Source of the DNA: a virus
Virus record (IMG/VR): IMGVR_UViG_3300046507_000506
Coordinates: 29,642 to 93,641 of that record
Strand: one strand, 5' to 3'
DNA: 64,000 nucleotides
The translations under genes were made by a program, and so were the position numbers. Below, piece by piece: positions 55,201-61,968 of this stretch (the first letter of the stretch is position 1; every line of letters starts with the position of its first letter). The notes under the pieces are model-generated. The model worked only from the letters and a program-made list of their open reading frames with translations. It did not search any database and was not told the DNA's origin.

Positions 55201-58200
55201 GGCCTTCTGTGCTGCCTCGCGCTGATCGGCCTGGAACTTGAACGCAAAGATTCCTGCGTCCATTTCCGGGTCGTTGATGACGCGCGTCATCTTTCGGATC
55301 AGGTTGAAGGGCGATCCCGTGAGCTTGTCCTCAGCGTCGCCGCCGCCTGCCTTCAGGCGCTCGACGGCTTCGAGATACTGGTTTTTGTAATCGATGATGA
55401 GGTCATACGAGTCCTGACCGATATCGACGCCCGTTGCGATTTCATCGAATTCCGGCACCACGATATTGATACCGTCGGCCTTTACATCGTCGGCCGTCTT
55501 GATGAGGGCGGACGTTTGCAGCAGGCGGCGCAGCAGCCCCGCGTTTTGCAGGCCCGTAAAGACGCGCACCGGGCGCATCATGCCGACGATGTTCTCCTCC
55601 TCGCGCTCCTCGATATCGCAGGCGGCGGCCATGAACGAGTCGGCACCCGTCACGCCATACATCGCGTTGACTTCGCGTTCGCCGAGCGCCAGCGTGAGCA
55701 TCGAATAGACTTCAAGCGGGCTGTTGGTGACGGGCGTAGCGGTCAGGCTCAGCACGCCGTCATTGCGCGTCGAGAGGCCGCGCACGTACCACGATTTCGC
55801 CTGCATATCCATGCCGCGCTGCGACTTGGACGGGTCCGCCAAATACTTCGCGCCCTTGAACTCGCTCGACGTCATTTTCGAGTTCTTATAGTTGTGCGCC
55901 TCATCGAGCACGAGCGAATCGACGCCCATGTCCTCAAAGTAGGGGATGGCTCCCGACTTCGCGCCGATATCCTTCACATTGCCCTGCTTGCTCGCGGCGG
56001 CAATGTTCGCGCGCTTTTTCATCGCGTCTTCTTCGGCGAGCAGATAGGCGTCGTCGTTTTCCGTCAGGTAAGCGACGTAGGCGTCCATCGTTTCGTCGCG
56101 CACCGGGATCAGCTTGAACGCTTCGAGCGTCATGAAAATCTTGCTGTGCCGGTTCTCGCGAATCACGTTCAGGTCGATCTTGACCTGTGCGTTATCGACC
56201 TTATCCTTTCCGTCCTTACCCTTCACGATGCCGACGAACAGGCAGTCTGAAGTGTCCAGATACGCCTTACCGGCTTCTTTCTTCCAGTTCGTGAGCGTCG
56301 CATTGGGCACCACGAACATGGTTTTTTTCTTCACACCGATGCTCTGTGCGTACTGCACCGATGCGAGCGCGGTGAGCGTCTTGCCGAGGCCCACATCAAA
56401 GCCGAGGATGCCCGAAAACTGGCGGGCGTACCGGCGCGCGGCGGCGTACTGGTACGCGTGCGGGCGGAACGTCGTGGTATTGAGGTTCGGAATGTCCAGC
56501 GGCGTGCCGTCGGGCTCCTCAATGAAGCGCAGCGCGTCCGGCGCATTGAGCTTGTTGTGCAGAGAAACCTGAATCTCATCGTTCGCGCGCGCCCATGCGT
56601 CAAACTGTGCCTTGGCCTTGTCGGTGATTTCCTTGATCCGGCGCAGCAGGGCGGCCTCTTTCGCCGGGTCCGATTCCACGTCGGCCGACTTCGACATGGT
56701 CGTGATGTTCTGGTTGCGCAGATAGCCCTTGACGAAGCGCTGCATCGCCTTCCACGCGGCTTTCTCCTCCTCGCTGGCCCACTTCCCGACGGAGGGCTGC
56801 TTGATATCGAACACGTCGCGGCCGTCGGCATCGACCGTCAGGAAAATATCGGGCGAGACATACTGCTTGAAAAATTCGAGCTTTTGCAGCGGCGAGATAT
56901 GCGGCGTGAACAGGCTGAATGTCATTTTCGACACGTCAACCGTGTTGATGCGCGCCTTACCGGCTTCCATCTGCTTGACGAGTTTCGCGCGGATATCCGG
57001 GTCCGTGCACTGCTCAAGCTCGGCATTGGCCTGCGTCAGGAACGCGGCGTAGGAGCCGGTGTAATAGTCGTTCGCATGCGTGACGTGCTGGCCGTCGGCC
57101 GACACGCACCACTCATCGGACGTGAGAGGGTCAAAGTCCGAAAACACGGTGCGCAGCTTTTCAACCGACACATACCCGGTTTCATCCTCGCTCTCGTATT
57201 TCGTCTTTTCGTAAAGCTGCGTCGGCGTGAGCGCGACCGTTTCCACGTTCGCCTTGATTTCGCCGCGCCAGAATGCGGTGAAGTCGCCCTTGTAGCGCGC
57301 ATTGCGAATCGAGAGCAGCGCATCCTTCACGAGGCGCGACGCCTTGCCGATGGTCTTGTTACCGTAGCTCTGTGCGCGCGCGAGTTGCGCGGAGAGCACC
57401 GGGTACGCTTCGAGATAGTTGAACGGCTCGACGCTGTCAGCATCCTGCATGAGTTGCATCGCAGCCATACCGGCCGTGATCGCTTCCCACCACGGTTGCA
57501 TGTCGCCCTCGCCGAGCGATTCGAGCGCCTTGATGGTCGCCGTGAGCCATGCGGGGACGTCCCCATAGCTGCCCATTGCATTGCAGTAGCGGGCGTATTC
57601 CTGCGCATCCTTCCACGTCACGCCCGCCTCGATAGCGGCAAAGGCCGTCGTGATCTTGGTGCCGACGTCGAGCATCTTCCGATCATCAGCAACCGCCGAT
57701 TCGAGCACCGTCCATTCGCCATCGCGCATTTCAAGCGTTTGGCCGTCCTTGTGCAGCACGTCGCCGTCCTGATAGACGATAGGTGCGGTTTCCGTAGCTT
57801 CGAGCAATGCCCAGTCGATATGCGAGCCCGGAAAGCGCTTAATCATGCGCGCGATGTTGCTGATCGAGTCGTCGGAAATGACGGCTTCGACCTCGCCGAA
57901 CTTGCCGTTGGTCGTGCCGACTTCGCCGAGAATGTACTTGTGACCGGTGCCGAGGAAATAGCGGCCTTCCAGAAACTCATCCCACAGCACGCGGGCCTGC
58001 GTGAGCGTGTCCGGGCTCTGCGTTTGCAGTTCGTCAATCTTTCGCGCCGTCTCGCGGGAGAACTTGCGGAAAACGATGACGTCGGTAATGGTGTCGGCCG
58101 CTGCGGACTCGCTGAAAATCTTGTTCGGCAGGCGGTACGCGCCGACAAACTCAGCCATGAGCGACGATTGCAGGCGCAGCTTCTGCGACTTCGAGCCCTT

Positions 58201-59058
58201 GCCGCTCACAATCGACGGCGGCACGATGAATGCGGCCAGGCCGTTCGGCTTGAGCTTTTGCAGCGAGCGCAGGATGAAATACTCTTGCAGGTTCGCTTTC
58301 TGGAACCGCTTGTCTTTCAGCTTGGCGTCGCCGCGCATGGCGTTGTCGCCGAACGGCACATTGGTAATGATCGCGTCGTAAATCTCGTCGGGCGTCTCTG
58401 CTGCGATGGCTTCAAAGGGCGAAACCGTCGTGCTCACGGTCGGGCCGTCGTTGATTGCGCCGTTGACCGCGCCGCTCGTGGCGTCGAGTTCGATCTGCGT
58501 CATGACGGCCGTTTTCGGGCGCGTCGCGGTGAATACGCCAGTGCCCGCCGACGGATCGCACACGCTACCGCCCTGAAAGCCCATTTCGCCGAGCAGTTCC
58601 CACATGGCCGCCGCGACGGGCTTCGGCGTGTAGTACTCGTGCGGAGAGCCGGTGAGGCCGTCCGCGCCCGTCAGGCCGCCGCCATTGCCGGAATACTTGG
58701 CGAGCACAACGCGATCCTCGTCAGTCACGGCGCGGCCGGACTCCTGAATCTCGCGGATCAATGCGATAGCGGCGTTATTGTCTTTCTGGCGTTGCGCGAG
58801 GGTTTTGCGCCCTTCCTCCGGGTAAAACTCGGCGGTCGGTTCGGTGCGCACTTCGGCGACTGGGGCCGGTTCGGGTATCACGTCCGGTGCGGGCGCGGCT
58901 TTGCCGAGAGCAATCGCGATATCGCGCAGGCGCTTGCCGATGTTCAGCGCGCGCAGCACGTCGGTCGTGCTGTCGGTCAGTCTCGCACGCTCGGTGATGA
59001 GGTCGCGCGCCTCTTTCGCCAGCTTCAGGCGTTCGAGGTCATTCTGTAAAGTCGTCAT
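52231..59058 (-). CDS. darB: DarB antirestriction protein: N6-adenine methyltransferase plus SNF2-type helicase
   Basis: EYYTP, DPSAGTG.F, NVPFG; FDVGLGKT, DEAH, TATP..NSP.E, QRNGRGVRQGN; 2275 aa. Confidence 0.92.
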   Translation of the reverse strand: MTTLQNDLERLKLAKEARDLITERARLTDSTTDVLRALNIGKRLRDIAIALGKAAPAPDVIPEPAPVAEVRTEPTAEFYPEEGRKTLAQRQKDNNAAIALIREIQESGRAVTDEDRVVLAKYSGNGGGLTGADGLTGSPHEYYTPKPVAAAMWELLGEMGFQGGSVCDPSAGTGVFTATRPKTAVMTQIELDATSGAVNGAINDGPTVSTTVSPFEAIAAETPDEIYDAIITNVPFGDNAMRGDAKLKDKRFQKANLQEYFILRSLQKLKPNGLAAFIVPPSIVSGKGSKSQKLRLQSSLMAEFVGAYRLPNKIFSESAAADTITDVIVFRKFSRETARKIDELQTQSPDTLTQARVLWDEFLEGRYFLGTGHKYILGEVGTTNGKFGEVEAVISDDSISNIARMIKRFPGSHIDWALLEATETAPIVYQDGDVLHKDGQTLEMRDGEWTVLESAVADDRKMLDVGTKITTAFAAIEAGVTWKDAQEYARYCNAMGSYGDVPAWLTATIKALESLGEGDMQPWWEAITAGMAAMQLMQDADSVEPFNYLEAYPVLSAQLARAQSYGNKTIGKASRLVKDALLSIRNARYKGDFTAFWRGEIKANVETVALTPTQLYEKTKYESEDETGYVSVEKLRTVFSDFDPLTSDEWCVSADGQHVTHANDYYTGSYAAFLTQANAELEQCTDPDIRAKLVKQMEAGKARINTVDVSKMTFSLFTPHISPLQKLEFFKQYVSPDIFLTVDADGRDVFDIKQPSVGKWASEEEKAAWKAMQRFVKGYLRNQNITTMSKSADVESDPAKEAALLRRIKEITDKAKAQFDAWARANDEIQVSLHNKLNAPDALRFIEEPDGTPLDIPNLNTTTFRPHAYQYAAARRYARQFSGILGFDVGLGKTLTALASVQYAQSIGVKKKTMFVVPNATLTNWKKEAGKAYLDTSDCLFVGIVKGKDGKDKVDNAQVKIDLNVIRENRHSKIFMTLEAFKLIPVRDETMDAYVAYLTENDDAYLLAEEDAMKKRANIAAASKQGNVKDIGAKSGAIPYFEDMGVDSLVLDEAHNYKNSKMTSSEFKGAKYLADPSKSQRGMDMQAKSWYVRGLSTRNDGVLSLTATPVTNSPLEVYSMLTLALGEREVNAMYGVTGADSFMAAACDIEEREEENIVGMMRPVRVFTGLQNAGLLRRLLQTSALIKTADDVKADGINIVVPEFDEIATGVDIGQDSYDLIIDYKNQYLEAVERLKAGGGDAEDKLTGSPFNLIRKMTRVINDPEMDAGIFAFKFQADQREAAQKAIDGFNKKNIVEERDYWDSNADPADIRTKVVKDAETGESVSKYLVTIRARMAQTGNAIELLSTDYSTQESLLKLLDAGSITPTINVSPKLAALIENVKLENLHPRYIGQAKQIIFCDELSLHHKIKLALVQQVGISASKIKIVNAVSVDVAGMQDVQDGYNADGEDNKYTIVIANKKAEVGINLQKGTQAIHHMTIGWTPDSVHQRNGRGVRQGNPVETVKVYHYDADGTFDAYKRKLVGIKADWIGALMQGDGSKVVIEGDMTSSDYELLANAVGDASAMDRINDEISARNKRQKQAVNKAAQLQSVRIIEAQANWLARFGMGAADDRDADGRKGFTAWIKNKNGIVSQTAAKIGELQERLDKTESTLMATRLRGQITDLSQKLQTQSSVLDGLPRDSRGVVVVRSEWSAVTDDEKATAAYANWQKDVTMANRMRDEAAVTFQNRTDDGYTGDTLDAFMRGDAAIVTGNLVAVGSLVEYQGKLLVVTKPRRATDAAKGFVGYNPADQSETELLRLTGPVYLEQNTPQYSAAIARAVAADERVIADNPSGFAASSPYLYSSLNADVREALTVAIPSTMVDPDTISLAPPLFPFILVTDAVGSEFTDRIKAEQESLIAERDFRDNVRLKDLRVIGPKVPTDVPGRCKAIRDYSRATGLRATAQDVACISSYLSLEKCFDSLGLNDEFFRALPDGVAQSKSPEDLETWAQNWLNNAQDFLTVDRLESALGYDISRFRREQNRIDDGKERWYVVSQSQRYAISAAIEAALKTAIEGGFLNDEIAAASSGYGSYMPADITREYGRQFTELMFADTGDYIELKVGVDDARAAMSLSKNARLYVENWADANALALAIISQKWAAMCQWAKKAKSIRALDAAGVDIQGILTAIRSLSGVLSADVGTTDETKFADRYSAHFVYHANTYINITFVRYSDTQKKVAAAGAEGLQGRTFDSVRKCFRVTIKDGETFSDGKPVASVNSLFKHLGLNMSDYLA

Positions 59059-59090
59059 GTATCGCCGATAAAGGTAGTTGGCCGCGATAA

Positions 59091-59133
59091 ATTCTCGCGG
59101 CCGTACTTGCCTTTACCGGCGTGCGTTTTCCTA
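59091..59133 (-). promoter_or_regulatory. Putative late promoter TAGGAAAA-N29-GAGAAT
   Basis: Motif match upstream of darB. Confidence 0.75.
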
Positions 59134-59136
59134 CGC

Positions 59137-59162
59137 AAAATCCCTCAGAAGTGAGGGATTTT
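59137..59162 (-). terminator. Terminator
   Basis: AAAATCCCTCA-GAAG-TGAGGGATTTT. Confidence 0.8.
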
Positions 59163-59169
59163 CCCGGCC

Positions 59170-61968
59170 TTATGCGCCGATGGCCTTCGTCATGTAGTCG
59201 GTGTAGGAGGCCACGGCCGCGCGCACGGCCGCCTCAATCTCGCTGTCACCGGGGTATGCGCCGAGCGTCGTCTCGATGCGTTCGGCGACGCCGTCGGCCA
59301 TCATGTCGATACTCTGCGCTTCGACGGCCTTCAGGAAATCGAGGTCGGCGGCCCGATTGCCGTTCTCAGCGGGCACGACGGGCGGCACCACGGTGACACC
59401 TTCGGGCAGCGGCTCCGTGAGCGTGGCGGCCGGTTCTGCTGCCGTTGGCGCGGCCCATCCGTCGCCCGGCCACTCCTCAGCCATGACGCTCGCGACCTCC
59501 TGCAGGAGGTCCGGGCGCTTCGTGACGATCCACGTTGCGAGCGCGGCGCGCGTCATGCCGTCGGGGTTGTCGGCGGGCAGCGCATCGAGCACGCGGTAGA
59601 CGTCGATACGGCGCAGGGCTTCGATAGAGTCGGCAGCAATGGCGATGTACTTCTGCATGATTTCGTCGGAAAGGGTGGTTGCGGGTTGGCCCACAGAATC
59701 GGGCACAACTGGCGCAGCTTCGTCCGGCGTTTTCCCTGCATCAAGCGAATCGGCCGGTTCTGGCGTCCAATCGGGGTTTTTGAGGGAACCCACCGGCTTC
59801 GAAACCCAGTAGAGGTCGAGTTCAACGCCATTTCGCACGAGTTCATCAATGCTGATATAGCCCAGTTCCGCGTTTTGCAGGTCACCGTTCAGGATGGCGA
59901 GACCAAACGCCTGACGCGTGCCGTTACCCGACTTGTCCTTTTCGGTGATGTACCAATCCGAACCGCCATTGAAGTAGTGCAGGCGTGCGGGTGCGCTCAG
60001 ACCCATGCCGTCGGTATCGTAGGTGCCTGGCATCGTGTCGATCACATTCGCCCATTCGATGGCCATGTCGATGAAATGCTGGCCTTCCTCGCCTGACATG
60101 GCGGACGCCATAACAGTGCGCTGCGCACGCGGCAGGAACGCGGTGAGGCGTTCTAGCGCCTTCATGCCTTGGCCGCGCGTGGCGACGGGCGGCACGATTG
60201 GAGCGGCTTCAACCGGGTCCGGCTCGACGGGAGCAATCCGCGCGTTGGCCGCGTTGGCGGTGTGCCACGCCTTCGTGTAGGCCGTCAGAATCTCATTGGT
60301 GCCACCGCCCACCGGCAGGCCCGCAATCAACGGCATAACAGCCGGGTTAAGCGCGGGAGCCGATCCAAGTCCGTCGGCAAAAGCCTGCGCGCCCATTTCA
60401 GTCGCGCGTGCAATGCGCTCATCAATGCTCAGGGCTTGCGGTTCCGGCGCGGATTCTTCAAGTTCGCGAATGATCGTCAGAATTTCGTTCGAGAGGTCGA
60501 GCGAAGCCAGCGGGTCGTCAGAGGCGGATAGCGATGCTGCAAGCTGCATCAGACTGCCGGATAGCTCGATGGCCCGCAGTGGATCGACAGAGTCGAACAT
60601 TGACACGCCAGCAGGTCCCGCGCTGAGTTGTTCGAGCACTTGCGCGCGGGTAGCCTTTTCAACGGGGCCGAACATATCGGAATCGTCCTTGGTGAATTCT
60701 TCGTAGGCGAAGCGCGCGGCAGTGCGCAGACGCTCGCCGATCTTCTTCGCGCTTCGGATATTGTCAGCAAAGAGGCGAACAACGGCCATCGTGTCAGGCG
60801 ATAGCGTCATGTCGGTTTGCTTGGCGAATTCCGCCAGCTTCACGCCTTGGCGCTTTGCGTTGATCGCGAGGCTCGCGGCTTCGGTGACAATGCCGCGAAA
60901 ATCGAGGTCGCCTGCGCCTTCGAGCCGTGCGAGTTCGCTTGAGGCCGCCGCCATGCCGCCCAAAATCGTCTTGATTTCTGGATCGACGGATTGAGCGTAA
61001 AGCCGCACTAGCTCTGCATCGCCGTAGGCTTTCCAAAAGACCGCCGCCATCAGCCGGTCATAGGCTTTCTGGCCCGGATGCTTGCCGTCCATCAGATTGT
61101 TGCGCTCGCTCTCGGGCATGGCAGCGATGAAATCGAGCGCAGCGGCTTCGGTCGGCTTGCCATCGTCCGATACGTCGAGGTCCGATAGGTCGAGCCGCTT
61201 GGCGTCGTTCTGGGCCGCTTCGACCGGCGAAAGGTCCGACGTGCCACGCTGATTCGATATATCGCCGATGTTATCGGTCACGTCCTCAGCACGCATGATC
61301 CGCACGAGCACTGGCGCATCAAAGGCGTCGATCTGCGTGGACGCTATGCCCGTCGTCTCGTCCTCTCGCAATTCGCGCACATATTCCGCAGCAGTTCCGC
61401 GAGCGAAGCCCGCCACCAGTCCGGCGACACGTCCATTGCCCGCGATTGCGCGCAGCTTGCCGGGCGCGCCGTTCGTGTAGTCCGCATTGGAAAGACCGTC
61501 AGCCGTGTTGCTCGTGAGCAGGTCGGCGGCTTCCACGACGGCATACTGCACGGCAAATCGGCGGCCGTCAGCGGCGACCGCCTTATCTTTTCGTCCAAGC
61601 GCGATCCGCGAGGGCATGGCGTCGTCGTTGCCGAAAACGATGGGCGTGCCGCTTGCGAATTCCTTGGTCGGCGCGACGCGGTAATAGTCCGGCATCGCCG
61701 CAATGGAGTTCATTTGCGCAATCATCGCAGGAGTGCTGCGGTCGCGATTTTGCAGGATGACATTGCGTGTCGGTGCGGTAAGTCTTTTCAGGAGCGCGAG
61801 CAGGATTCCGGTTGCGGTTAACTCCGCCACCGGGTCCGTTGCTTCTTCCACGACCTTGACGGCGGCGAGCACGTCGCCGGACAACAGTGCTTCACTGAGG
61901 TCCATACCGCGCGCATCGTCAAAGAGAACCCGCAGGCTCTCCAGTTCCGGTTTGTCTGCGGTTTCCAT
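59170..61968 (-). CDS. ddrB: DdrB-like polyvalent protein (ddrB-ParB domain, DUF2958-like domain, DarA_C-like end)
   Basis: LQNRDR...YAVVEA.DL..S...GNGR; LHYF.GGSDWYITE.D...AFG.......ELGYISIDEL...ELDLYW. Confidence 0.7.
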   Translation of the reverse strand: METADKPELESLRVLFDDARGMDLSEALLSGDVLAAVKVVEEATDPVAELTATGILLALLKRLTAPTRNVILQNRDRSTPAMIAQMNSIAAMPDYYRVAPTKEFASGTPIVFGNDDAMPSRIALGRKDKAVAADGRRFAVQYAVVEAADLLTSNTADGLSNADYTNGAPGKLRAIAGNGRVAGLVAGFARGTAAEYVRELREDETTGIASTQIDAFDAPVLVRIMRAEDVTDNIGDISNQRGTSDLSPVEAAQNDAKRLDLSDLDVSDDGKPTEAAALDFIAAMPESERNNLMDGKHPGQKAYDRLMAAVFWKAYGDAELVRLYAQSVDPEIKTILGGMAAASSELARLEGAGDLDFRGIVTEAASLAINAKRQGVKLAEFAKQTDMTLSPDTMAVVRLFADNIRSAKKIGERLRTAARFAYEEFTKDDSDMFGPVEKATRAQVLEQLSAGPAGVSMFDSVDPLRAIELSGSLMQLAASLSASDDPLASLDLSNEILTIIRELEESAPEPQALSIDERIARATEMGAQAFADGLGSAPALNPAVMPLIAGLPVGGGTNEILTAYTKAWHTANAANARIAPVEPDPVEAAPIVPPVATRGQGMKALERLTAFLPRAQRTVMASAMSGEEGQHFIDMAIEWANVIDTMPGTYDTDGMGLSAPARLHYFNGGSDWYITEKDKSGNGTRQAFGLAILNGDLQNAELGYISIDELVRNGVELDLYWVSKPVGSLKNPDWTPEPADSLDAGKTPDEAAPVVPDSVGQPATTLSDEIMQKYIAIAADSIEALRRIDVYRVLDALPADNPDGMTRAALATWIVTKRPDLLQEVASVMAEEWPGDGWAAPTAAEPAATLTEPLPEGVTVVPPVVPAENGNRAADLDFLKAVEAQSIDMMADGVAERIETTLGAYPGDSEIEAAVRAAVASYTDYMTKAIGA

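Noticed and set aside
9448-59049. Long plus-strand ORFs opposite terminase, sheath, capsid and darB (e.g. 9448-11136, 35879-37741, 38083-39726, 53620-56250, 56458-59049), and 20920-22245 on the minus strand
   Set aside because: Antisense shadow frames typical of high-GC coding DNA; no motifs, Arg/His-rich composition
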